Shown: positions 53,425-62,513 of the stretch, in pieces
Position numbering within the stretch: position 1 is the stretch's first letter
Layout of the letters: the number at the start of each line of letters is the position of its first letter
Assembly: GCA_018665815.1 (NCBI GenBank)
Contig: JABJBP010000007.1
Span: 857-64,856 of the forward strand
From: Rhodospirillaceae bacterium
GTDB taxonomy: Bacteria; Pseudomonadota; Alphaproteobacteria; Rhodospirillales; Casp-alpha2
Direction of reading: 5' to 3'
Length of the DNA stretch: 64,000 nucleotides
Position numbers and translations under genes: made by a program
Notes under the pieces: model-generated
Database searches by the model: none
The model's input: the letters and a program-made list of their open reading frames with translations, nothing else
What the model was told of the DNA's origin: nothing

Positions 53425-55050
53425 TCACAACTCCTCAGCCTGCGCGCGCAGGACAAATTTTTGAATTTTACCTGTCGAGGTCTTCGGCAAGTTGCCGAAC
53501 ACTACCGTGTGCGGCACCTTGAAATGCGCCATATTGTCTTTGCAGAATTGGATGATCGCGGCGGCATCGCCGTCGCCAGCATCGGACTTCAGGGTGACAA
53601 AGGCACACGGTGTCTCACCCCACTTCTCATTTGGCCTGGCGACAACTGCAGCCTCCATAACATCCGGGTGCTTGTAGAGCGTTTCTTCGATTTCCAAGGA
53701 CGAGATGTTTTCGCCGCCAGAAATAATAATGTCTTTCGATCTGTCTTTGATCTCAACGTATTTGTCGGGATGCAGAACACCCAGATCGCCGGTGTGGAAC
53801 CAGCCGCCGGCAAACGCCACTGCAGTCGCCGCCGGGTTTTTCAAATAGCCTTTCATGGCGGTGTTTGAGCGGATCATCAGCTCGCCAATGGTTTCCCCAT
53901 CCGCGGGCACCTCGGTCATGGTCTCGGGGCCCATGATGGTTTGATCCGTCAACGTTGGGTAGCGCACCCCCTGGCGCGCCATTTTCGCCGACCGCCCATC
54001 AAGATCCAGACTGTCCCATTCATCCTGCCAGGCACAATAAGTCGACGGTCCGTAGGTTTCCGTCAGGCCGTAAAGATGGGTCACGTGAAAGCCCATGCGT
54101 TCCATGCTTGAAATGATCGCCGACGGCGGCGCGGCGCCACCGGTGAAGACCTCAACCACTTGCGGGAAATCAACCTTTTGCTCATCGGGGGCATGCACCA
54201 TCATGTTGAGCACGATGGGTGCACCGCACATATGCGTCACGCCATGGACCTCGATCATCGGGAAAATCAACGCCGGATCAACCTGGCGCAGACACACATG
54301 GGTGCCGCCCGCCGCCGTCACCGCCCAGGTGTAGCACCAGCCATTGCAATGAAACATCGGCAGCGTCCAGAGATAAACCGTGCGGTGCGAAAGCGCAGAC
54401 ACCGTGACGCCGCCCATGGCGTTCAAAAACGCACCACGGTGATGATAAACAACGCCCTTTGGATTGCCCGTCGTGCCCGACGTGTAATTCAAGCAAATCG
54501 CCTGCCATTCGTCCGTTGGTGAGGTAATTGGAAACGCCGGATCGCCTTCAGCCAAAAACGCCTCGTAATCCTTTTCGCCCAGCAATTCGCCGCCATCGCC
54601 CAACGGATCATCGATATCGATCACGATAATGTCGCGTCCAAGCTGATCCAGCGCGTCCGTGATGACCGGTGAAAACTCTTTGTCGGTGAGCAACACCTTC
54701 GCTTCGCCATGGTTCAAGATGAACGCAATGGTTTCCGCATCGAGGCGGTAGTTGAGGGCATTCAACACCGCGCCGGTCATCGGCACGCCGTAGTGCGCTT
54801 CCAGCATCGGCGGTGTGTTGGGCGACATCACCGACACCGCATCGCCAGGCCCAATTCCCCTGCCCTTCAAGGCCGATGCCAAGCGCCGGCAGCGCGCCCC
54901 GAACTCGGCCCAGGAAAACCGCTGGTCTCCATGGATAACGGCGGTGCGCTCGGCGTAAACCTGCTCGGCCCAAGCCAGAAACGTGAGCGGCGTCAGCGGC
55001 TGATGATTGGCCGAATTTTGGGCCAGATCGATCTCAAAAATATTCGACAA
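53425..55050 (-). CDS. AMP-forming acyl-CoA synthetase / ligase
   Basis: Motifs are YTSGTTGNPKGV, TGDLG and GKIQKF. TTG 55050 is preceded by GGGAGGA. The track ORF extends to 55140. Confidence 0.85.
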   Translation of the reverse strand: MSNIFEIDLAQNSANHQPLTPLTFLAWAEQVYAERTAVIHGDQRFSWAEFGARCRRLASALKGRGIGPGDAVSVMSPNTPPMLEAHYGVPMTGAVLNALNYRLDAETIAFILNHGEAKVLLTDKEFSPVITDALDQLGRDIIVIDIDDPLGDGGELLGEKDYEAFLAEGDPAFPITSPTDEWQAICLNYTSGTTGNPKGVVYHHRGAFLNAMGGVTVSALSHRTVYLWTLPMFHCNGWCYTWAVTAAGGTHVCLRQVDPALIFPMIEVHGVTHMCGAPIVLNMMVHAPDEQKVDFPQVVEVFTGGAAPPSAIISSMERMGFHVTHLYGLTETYGPSTYCAWQDEWDSLDLDGRSAKMARQGVRYPTLTDQTIMGPETMTEVPADGETIGELMIRSNTAMKGYLKNPAATAVAFAGGWFHTGDLGVLHPDKYVEIKDRSKDIIISGGENISSLEIEETLYKHPDVMEAAVVARPNEKWGETPCAFVTLKSDAGDGDAAAIIQFCKDNMAHFKVPHTVVFGNLPKTSTGKIQKFVLRAQAEEL

Positions 55051-55152
55051 GACATCCTCCCGCGCCGATGTCCTCCCGGCGCCCGCCGCATCGTTCCATA
55101 GCGTCCGGCTGGCGACAAGGCTAACAACACTGACCGCCAATCCATCGCGTGA

Positions 55153-55530
55153 TCAGGTAAGAAGATCAATCGTCAGGAGAACCGCATCACCGGCGAACGC
55201 CGCCCAGCAGACAATCCCGACATCCCGGGCATTCATCAACGCGATGGCGCCAGGGCGCCCAGCACTTTTCGCTTTGACGGCCATCATCAGCAACGGGCGA
55301 ACGCCGAACATACAAAACGCGCCGGTCACGGCAAGCATGGACAGATAAAGCGTCAGAGGATCGAACGGCGCGCCCTCTTGGGCTTCCCAGATTTTCAGAA
55401 TACCAATGATGTTCCCGACCACCAGCAACAGAATAAGAAAGGCAATCGACACGGCGCTCGCGGCAATAACCAGATACCGCCGCGTTTTCGATGCCGGTTG
55501 CGGGCTTTCATCACCATCATCGTCGCTCAT
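55153..55530 (-). CDS. Small membrane protein of unknown function (about 125 aa, 3 TM, acidic N-terminus)
   Basis: ATG 55530 (MSDDDGDESPQ...) overlaps the D-aminoacylase stop by 14 nt. Lies between two operon genes. Confidence 0.45.
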   Translation of the reverse strand: MSDDDGDESPQPASKTRRYLVIAASAVSIAFLILLLVVGNIIGILKIWEAQEGAPFDPLTLYLSMLAVTGAFCMFGVRPLLMMAVKAKSAGRPGAIALMNARDVGIVCWAAFAGDAVLLTIDLLT

Positions 55531-56926
55531 AGCGCACCTCACCACCGACAATCACCGTCGCAATCCCCTCCGACACCCGTTCCGGCATCTCGTAGGTGGC
55601 GCGGTCGGTCACCGTGTCAGGGTCGAAGATGACCAGATCGGCCGCCATGCCGGCGGCAATGTGGCCGCGGTCCGCCAAACCGAAGCACTCGGCCGGCAGC
55701 GCAGTGATCTTGCGGATCGCCTGGCCCAATTCGAATAACTTCCGGTCGCGCGCATAGTGTCCAAGGACACGCGGGAATGTGCCCCAAAGACGCGGATGCG
55801 GGTGATCATCGGACGGCATGCCGTCGGAGCCAACCATGCACCGGGGATGCGCCAGAATACGGTCCAGGTCCTCCTCCGACATTTGAAAATAAACCGCCTT
55901 GGCCGGGCTCAAGCGGTCCACCGCCGTTTCCATATCACATTGCCAATCGGCCATGATATCGGTGAGATCGCGGTTCGCCTGATCCGCATGCGGCACCGAC
56001 TCGGTCACCAAAACACGCTCGGCGCGGGCCGCCATGGGGGCCGTCAGGCCCGTCGAACTGGCAGTGTATGGATAGGCGTCCATATAGATGCGTTGTCCTG
56101 CGTCGGCGGCGGCATCGATGCGCGCCAGGGTGTCCACCGAGCGGCCCCAATTTTCAGACCCGCAACATTTGTGATGCGAAATCAACACCGGCACGCCGCC
56201 CCGCTTACCAATTTCAATGGATTCCTCGACCGACGCCACAACACCGTCCGCCTCATCACGCATGTGGGTCGCATAGAGCCCGCCGTGCACTGCGGCAACT
56301 TGAGCCAGTTCAACAAGCTCCGCCGTGGGTGCCGGATTGCCTGTCGGGTATGCCAAGCCAACTGAAAACCCGACACAGCCCGACGCCATGGCTTCATCCA
56401 AATGCGCCTTCATGGCCGCCATCTCGATATCATTCGGCTGGCCGTGCGGCTCAATCATGGCGGCGGCGCGCAAATTGGAATGGCCGACCAGCTTGATCAC
56501 ATGGACCTCCGGCCCGGCCTTGGTCAGGGCGTCGACATAGTCGGCGTAGGTTTCAAACTTGCGTCCGTCGCTACGTCCCAGAAACGTGAACGGCGGCTCA
56601 ACCAGATCGTCGCGCGGCCCCAAGGGTGCCGGGCTGGCGCCGCAATTGCCGATCACCACCGTCGTCACGCCTTGTGTCACCTTGGTTGGGTGGGCGGGCT
56701 GGCGCAGTAAGGCCATATCATCGTGGGTGTGGGTATCAATAAAGCCGGGCGCCACGGCCAACCCGGTAGCATCGATGATTTCGCGCGCCGTCCAGGCACC
56801 TATATCACCCGCAGCTATGAGTTGGCCGTCGGTGACGGCAATGTCACCGATCAAGCCGGGGCTGCCGGAGCCATCGAAAATTCGGCCGTCTTTGATGATG
56901 ATATCGCATGCTTTTTCATTGCCCAT
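55517..56926 (-). CDS. N-acyl-D-amino-acid deacylase (D-aminoacylase) family amidohydrolase
   Basis: Reads DIIIKDGRIFDGSGSP...IIDATGLAVAPGFIDTHTHDD and VLISHHKC. Start is ATG 56926. Confidence 0.85.
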   Translation of the reverse strand: MGNEKACDIIIKDGRIFDGSGSPGLIGDIAVTDGQLIAAGDIGAWTAREIIDATGLAVAPGFIDTHTHDDMALLRQPAHPTKVTQGVTTVVIGNCGASPAPLGPRDDLVEPPFTFLGRSDGRKFETYADYVDALTKAGPEVHVIKLVGHSNLRAAAMIEPHGQPNDIEMAAMKAHLDEAMASGCVGFSVGLAYPTGNPAPTAELVELAQVAAVHGGLYATHMRDEADGVVASVEESIEIGKRGGVPVLISHHKCCGSENWGRSVDTLARIDAAADAGQRIYMDAYPYTASSTGLTAPMAARAERVLVTESVPHADQANRDLTDIMADWQCDMETAVDRLSPAKAVYFQMSEEDLDRILAHPRCMVGSDGMPSDDHPHPRLWGTFPRVLGHYARDRKLFELGQAIRKITALPAECFGLADRGHIAAGMAADLVIFDPDTVTDRATYEMPERVSEGIATVIVGGEVRYERR

Positions 56927-57019
56927 GGGCGTCAGGTTAGGGGCGCGCCATTTTGCATTCAAGCCCTCGCACAGATAGACAAGTCGCCATATAATGCCGA
57001 CCTGCCAAGAGGAGCCGAC

Positions 57020-57880
57020 ATGAGCCAGACATTTACAGCCGCCTGCGTACAAAACGATGCCAGCATCGACGCCAATGAGACCATGACGCGGGCCGAGGAC
57101 TTAATGCGCGATGCCGCCGGCCAGGGCGCGGATTTAATTTGCACACCCGAGTTTTTCAGTTGCCTGGACACGCAGATTTCGGGACTTGAGACCAATCCAC
57201 ACCGAGAAGCCGATCACCCTGCCCTGCCCCGCTTTCAAGCCCTGGCCCAAGAATTGGATAAATGGGTGCTGTTGGGATCACTGGCAGTCATCGGCGAAGG
57301 CGCGGATGACCGATTGTTCAATCGATCTTTTCTGATCGATGCGGGCGGCAATGTCGTCCAGCGATATAATAAAATTCATTTGTTCGACATCGATTTGGAC
57401 AAAGATGAAGTTTACCGGGAATCGTCACAATTTCAGCCGGGCACGGAAGCCGCCATCGCGCCGACGCGTTGGGGTCTTTTGGGCATGACGATTTGTTATG
57501 ACGTCCGGTTCCCGCACCTCTACCGCGATCTGGCCAAGGCCGGCGCCAGTTTTCTGACCGTGCCCGCCGCCTTCACCAAGCGCACCGGCGAGGCCCACTG
57601 GCACGCGCTTTTACGTTCGCGCGCCATTGAAACCGGCAGCTTCGTCATCGCGCCCTGCCAATCGGGCGTTCATGGGGTCGGCGCCACCTACGGCCATTCC
57701 TTGATCATCGATCCTTGGGGCAACGTTCTGGCCGATGGCGGCGAGGGCGAAGGCATTGTGCTGGCCGAGATCGATACCGCCCTGGTCGCCAAGGCGCGCG
57801 CGCGCATCCCCGCCCTCAAGCACGACCGCGACTACGCAGCACCGCAAGTCCCGGTAGAGTTGGCCGCCGCCGGGGAGTAA
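57020..57880 (+). CDS. Carbon-nitrogen hydrolase (nitrilase superfamily) protein
   Basis: Opens MSQTFTAACVQNDAS...LICTPEFF (Glu). Also has YNKIHLFD (Lys) and MTICYDVRFP (Cys). ATG 57020 is preceded by AAGAGGAG. Confidence 0.85.
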   Translation: MSQTFTAACVQNDASIDANETMTRAEDLMRDAAGQGADLICTPEFFSCLDTQISGLETNPHREADHPALPRFQALAQELDKWVLLGSLAVIGEGADDRLFNRSFLIDAGGNVVQRYNKIHLFDIDLDKDEVYRESSQFQPGTEAAIAPTRWGLLGMTICYDVRFPHLYRDLAKAGASFLTVPAAFTKRTGEAHWHALLRSRAIETGSFVIAPCQSGVHGVGATYGHSLIIDPWGNVLADGGEGEGIVLAEIDTALVAKARARIPALKHDRDYAAPQVPVELAAAGE

Positions 57881-58011
57881 TCCGGCACGTCGCCGAAACA
57901 GGCATCCGTTGCAGACACCAACTGCTCAAGCAAATGTGTGTTGGGGTGATAGGATTTTGCCTCATCTGAGTGCTACAGGTATGCCCTCATTTCTTGCGGA
58001 GACCGTTCGCC

Positions 58012-59397
58012 ATGCCGAAGTTTCTTTCCTTTGCGCTTCTCGTTCTGACCTTGTCGTTGCCTGCTCAAGCCACCCGAGCCGCCGACGTGGATCCCAATAC
58101 GGCCCAGGTTATCTCGGACAATTGGGCGCTGTTGTTCAGCGACCCGGATGAAACGCAGGAAGCCGCCGACAGGTTGGCTGCGCGAGGCGACACCGATGTC
58201 TTGCCGGCCGTCGCACTGGCCATGCGTTACGCGGACTCGAAGGCTTCCATTTACCAGGGCTAATTCAAGAAACTGACGGATTACGCGCCGGCGTCGTGGC
58301 ATGAGTCCATGCTTTGGCTGGAAGCGCATCCGGAAATAAAGCCGCACGAAAGTTATCGTTCGATCAAACTTTTCCTGTTCGCGCGTATCGATCCGAAATT
58401 CCTGCAGTTTCTGGGCGGTGACCGGGGCCGACAGGCTAATATGAAAATCCGCTTCGAAGAGGTGACCTGGGGCGGCGTCAAGGTCGACGGCATCCCGTCG
58501 CTCGATAACCCGAAACTGGTGGCCGCCGCCGACGCCGATTACCTTGTCGATACGGATGAAGTCTTCGGGGTCGCCATCAACGGTGATGTTCGCGCCTGTC
58601 CACTCAGGATCATGGCCTGGCACGAAATGTTCAATGAAGTCATTGGCGGCGTGCCGGTGGCGCTCGCCTATTGCACGCTTTGCGGTTCCGGCATTTTGTA
58701 TGAGACCAAGATCAAGCAGTTCGAGAAACCACTGGTGATCGGCTCTTCTGGTTTCCTATACCGGTCTAATAAACTGATGTTTGACCGCCACACGCTCAGC
58801 CTTTGGAACCAATTCACCGGCAAGCCTGTCGCCGGCCCCTTGGTTGACCAAGGCGTCGAGTTAAAAGTGCGCCCTGTGACCATCACCACCTGGGCGAAAT
58901 GGAAAAACAAACATCCGGATACCAAGGTCCTCAGCCTGGATACCGGACATTTTCGCGATTATGCGTCGGGCGCCGTCTACAACGAATATTTCTCCGGTTC
59001 CGATTTGATGTTCCCGGCCCTGGTGCGCGATGAAAAGACCGCCAAGCAAAAGGATTTTGTCTTCGGATTGCGTGAAGCCGGCGGGGCGCGCGCCTGGCCA
59101 CTGAAAGCCTTTGAGGGCGGCAAGGTCTTCAACGATAAAGTCGGACTTAAGAACGTTGTTCTGGTCGGCGATACGGCGACCCGCACGGTGCGTGCTTATT
59201 ACCGCCAGGACCAGACGTTCAAGAAAGCCGGCGATAGCACGGCGCTGGAAGGCCCTGGCGGCACCTGGAAAGTTGATGAAGGTTTTCTCACCGGCCCCGG
59301 TGGCGAAAAACTGCCCCGCGCGCCCGGCGGCATTTCATATTGGTTCGCCTGGGAAAACTATCACGGCGACAAGACGACTTTGTTCGGGCGCGATTAA
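58012..59397 (+). pseudogene. DUF3179-family secreted protein interrupted by one in-frame TAA (58261-58263)
   Basis: An 83-aa signal-peptide ORF (MPKFLSFALLVLTLSLPAQA...) and the 362-aa DUF3179-like ORF (58309-59397; CPLRIMAWHEM, AYCTLCGSG, GFLYRSN) are in the same frame. Only TAA plus 15 sense codons separate them. Confidence 0.6.
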
Positions 59398-59415
59398 ACA
59401 CGGCTTCCCAAAGAA

Positions 59416-59604
59416 CTAAGCCGCATTAAATCTCGCCATGTTCTCGGCCATCCATTTCTCCATGTCTTCCTTGGTCTTGCACGAGTCGCTCATGACATCG
59501 GCATGGGCCTCCATATAGTGAGGTTTAAGCGCCTCCATCCATTCTGCGAAAGTCTCCCCTTGGGCTTCATGTTCGCAGAGGTCACACATGAGAGTTTTCA
59601 TCAT
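59416..59604 (-). CDS. Small Cys/His-containing protein (DUF1059-like)
   Basis: Sequence is MMKTLMCDLCEHEAQGETFAEWMEALKPHYMEAHADVM... About 62 aa. The family call is from memory of the small C-x-x-C...H...H pattern only. Confidence 0.4.
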   Translation of the reverse strand: MMKTLMCDLCEHEAQGETFAEWMEALKPHYMEAHADVMSDSCKTKEDMEKWMAENMARFNAA

Positions 59605-59749
59605 TTTTTTCTGATTCCGAGCCCTAATTCCGAGCAATGAAGTTTTGTGCCAGAAAATGACAATTTCTGGCTGTTAATATTGAACTTAGTCAACATTGGC
59701 GCAGCCGGATGCCTGCCACGGGTCGATTGAAAAAAGCTCGAAGCTCAGC

Positions 59750-61237
59750 CTACTTCAGCACAAACGGATCGGGCACATCGGACGCAGTGGAAATCCAGAC
59801 CGTCTTGGTCTGCATGTACTCATAGATCGCATCCTGGCCGCTTTCACGCCCCAATCCCGAACGTTTGTACCCACCGAAGGGTGCCATGTAGCTGACCGCG
59901 CGGTAAGTGTTGACCCAAACCGTGCCGGCATTGATGCGTTTTGGAATTTCAATGGCGCGCTCAATGCTTGAGGTCCACACGCCTGACGCTAGGCCGTAGA
60001 CGACATCATTGGCGATCTCGATGGCTTCTTCGTCGTCGCGGAAGGGAATGATTGAGAGTACCGGCCCGAATACTTCTTCTTGGGCAATCCGCATCTGATT
60101 GTTGACGCCGGTGTAGATGGTCGGCTCTACAAACCAGCCGTCACCGCATTCCGGACGATCCGCCTTGGCACCACCCAGTACGCATTCGGCGCCGTCTTCG
60201 CGCGCGACATCTAGATAGCCCAGAATTTTCTCGTACTGGGGCATGGTCGTCACGGGGCCGACCTGAGTGTCCATGGACATGGGGTCACCCATTCGGGCGG
60301 TCTTCGCGAAATCGACGATTTTGTCGACGAACTCGTTGTGGATCGATTCCTCAACAAGCAAGCGCGAGCCGGCAATACAAGTCTGGCCGGTAGCAGCGAA
60401 GATGCCCGAGATAGCGCCTTTCACGGCATTATCGATATTGCAGTCCGCGAAGACGATATTCGGCGACTTGCCGCCCAGCTCAAGGCTGACCTTTTTCAGG
60501 CCCGCCGCCGCTTTCTCATAGACATGCGCGCCGCTTTGCCCGCCGCCGGTAAAGGCGATCTTGGCAACATCGTCGTGGGTCACCAGCGTTTCGCCGATTT
60601 CCGCGCCGTACCCCGTCACGACATTGAACACGCCTTTGGGAAACCCGGCCTGTTCCATCAGATCAGCAAAGGCCAAACTGGACGCCGACGTGAACTCTGA
60701 CGGCTTTAAGACCACTGTGTTGCCCGCCGCTAGTGCCGGCGCCAACTTCCAGGTCAGCAGCAATATGGGCGAGTTCCAGGGCGTGATCATGGTGATGACA
60801 CCCAGGGGTTCATGGCGCGTATAGGTGAACATATCGGGCTTGTCGATGGGCAGCACCGCGCCTTCGATCTTATCGGCGAGACCGGCGAAATAATAGAACC
60901 ACTGCGGCGTATATTGGAGTTGCATGCCCATTTCCGCCATCAGCTTGCCGTTATCCTGGACCTCGATCTTGGCCAGACGCTCGGCGTTTTCGGCGATCAA
61001 ATCGCCCAGCTTGCGCAACAAATGGCCGCGCGCCGTCGGCGTCATCGCTGGCCAGTCACCTGATGTGAACGCTTTCTTCGCGGCCGCTACGGCGCGCTCG
61101 GCATCTTCCGGGCCGCCCCTGGGGACCGTCGCCCAGGCCTTACCGGTAAACGGGTTGAGGCTTTCAAACGCCTCACCGCCTGCGGCATCAACCCGCGCGC
61201 CATCAATATACATCTGGAGTTTTTCAAGCTCGGCCAT
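59750..61237 (-). CDS. NAD(P)-dependent aldehyde dehydrogenase
   Basis: 495 aa with TPWNSP, ELGGKSP, catalytic Cys in ATGQTCIAGSR, and EEVFGPV. Confidence 0.9.
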   Translation of the reverse strand: MAELEKLQMYIDGARVDAAGGEAFESLNPFTGKAWATVPRGGPEDAERAVAAAKKAFTSGDWPAMTPTARGHLLRKLGDLIAENAERLAKIEVQDNGKLMAEMGMQLQYTPQWFYYFAGLADKIEGAVLPIDKPDMFTYTRHEPLGVITMITPWNSPILLLTWKLAPALAAGNTVVLKPSEFTSASSLAFADLMEQAGFPKGVFNVVTGYGAEIGETLVTHDDVAKIAFTGGGQSGAHVYEKAAAGLKKVSLELGGKSPNIVFADCNIDNAVKGAISGIFAATGQTCIAGSRLLVEESIHNEFVDKIVDFAKTARMGDPMSMDTQVGPVTTMPQYEKILGYLDVAREDGAECVLGGAKADRPECGDGWFVEPTIYTGVNNQMRIAQEEVFGPVLSIIPFRDDEEAIEIANDVVYGLASGVWTSSIERAIEIPKRINAGTVWVNTYRAVSYMAPFGGYKRSGLGRESGQDAIYEYMQTKTVWISTASDVPDPFVLK

Positions 61238-61270
61238 GGTCTGCTCCCTGGAAAATTGTTGATTCCGGTT

Positions 61271-61882
61271 TTAGACGATACCGGCGTCGCCCAGCAAGGC
61301 CTTACGGAAACGATCCTTAAGATATGCTCCGTCTTTCGGCGGCAAGATAAACGGCAGCGGCTCGGCGCGAACTTTGATGACGTGCACGGACGGGCCTGAA
61401 CCTTCCAGCATGATCGGAATGGCGGCATCCAGCTCGGCCTGTTCGCGGATCGTGCCGGTGACGTTAATGCCCGACGCGGCGGCAATACTGGCGATATCGG
61501 CGTTATGCGCCGTTGCCGTCGCCTGCATGCCGGTTTCGCCATAGCGTTCGTTGTCGAAGACGGCAATGGCCAGGTTCTGAGGCGCCTGCACGGCAACCGT
61601 TGCCAAGCTCCCCAGTCCCATCAACATCTCCGCGTCACCTGTGGCAACAAAGACGCGGCGTTCAGGTTGGGCAATAGTCAACCCAAGCGCCAGCGGCACG
61701 GCGCCGCCCATGACTCCCCACAAGGGGAATATCAGGTCGCGGTCGCCGGCGGCGGTGAAATCCCAATTGGTGGACCCAAGCCCGGTGACAATAAGCAGGT
61801 CTTCGCCACCGGCATCAGAAATTTGCTGGGCCACGTCGCGGCGTTTCAGCGGGAATTGATCGGCTCTGGTGAGATCAGTCAT
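61271..61882 (-). CDS. comE: ThDP-dependent decarboxylase beta subunit (sulfopyruvate decarboxylase ComE-like; phosphonopyruvate decarboxylase is the alternative)
   Basis: About 203 aa from ATG 61882. PP-binding motif is ATGDAEMLMGLGSLATV...FDNERYGETG. Paired with a ComD-like gene 7 nt upstream. An xsc gene lies in the same window. Confidence 0.7.
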   Translation of the reverse strand: MTDLTRADQFPLKRRDVAQQISDAGGEDLLIVTGLGSTNWDFTAAGDRDLIFPLWGVMGGAVPLALGLTIAQPERRVFVATGDAEMLMGLGSLATVAVQAPQNLAIAVFDNERYGETGMQATATAHNADIASIAAASGINVTGTIREQAELDAAIPIMLEGSGPSVHVIKVRAEPLPFILPPKDGAYLKDRFRKALLGDAGIV

Positions 61883-61889
61883 GTCAGCC

Positions 61890-62399
61890 TCAATCGCCAA
61901 ATGTTTTGATCGGCACCAGGCGCTGGTGCAGCAACAGGGCGCCGGCATGCATGCCGACGAATGCGCGGTGCAAAAGGGCCGCCGATTGGGCGCCCACATC
62001 GGCCGGGTCTTCGACGCTCTCAACCATCACGTCCATGGCTTTCAGCGCCGGCTCGGTGCCTCGGCCCATGGCCATTTGCCAGGGATTAAACTCATGCCAT
62101 TGGCCGCGCATAGTGATGAACGTCGCCAAGGGAAAACGGCAAGTCTGCATCAGTCCCAGCATGTTGATGCAATTTCCAACGCCGGACGATTGCATCAGCA
62201 AGACACCGCGCTGCCCGCCCAGCCATGCGCCGCCTAGCATGGCGATGCCTTCTTCTTCCGTCGTCAACGGCACAGCGCGCATGTCGTTATCGGCGATACA
62301 CGCATCAATCAGCTTGGCGTGGCCGGCATCGGGCACATAAACCACCTGCTTGACGTCGGCCGCCTTCATGGCCTCATAAATATCTTTCCACCAGTCCAT
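61890..62399 (-). CDS. comD: ThDP-dependent decarboxylase alpha subunit (sulfopyruvate decarboxylase ComD-like)
   Basis: 169 aa Pyr-domain protein, with VVYVPDAGHAKLID...TTEEEGIAMLGGAWLGG...MQSSGVGN. Confidence 0.7.
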   Translation of the reverse strand: MDWWKDIYEAMKAADVKQVVYVPDAGHAKLIDACIADNDMRAVPLTTEEEGIAMLGGAWLGGQRGVLLMQSSGVGNCINMLGLMQTCRFPLATFITMRGQWHEFNPWQMAMGRGTEPALKAMDVMVESVEDPADVGAQSAALLHRAFVGMHAGALLLHQRLVPIKTFGD

Positions 62400-62513
62400 G
62401 GGACTTCCGGTCCTCCATCAAAAAATTCGGGCAGAGTAAATCACGCCGAGGCCTAGTCGGGAAATCAATAATTCGGATGTGGTCATTCAAGTAATAATTG
62501 GAGCTCGGACCCT

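Noticed and set aside
53071-53868. 265-aa plus-strand ORF spanning the SDR / acyl-CoA ligase junction
   Set aside because: It crosses a gene boundary on the opposite strand and is Ala/Ser/Pro/Arg-rich. Both minus-strand genes have canonical motifs.
59649-59671. Inverted repeat GCCAGAAA-atgacaa-TTTCTGGC between the ALDH stop and the small Cys/His protein gene
   Set aside because: The stem is only 8 bp and AT-rich, and no U-run follows on the transcribed (minus) strand. It is not convincing as a terminator and its operator role is untestable here.
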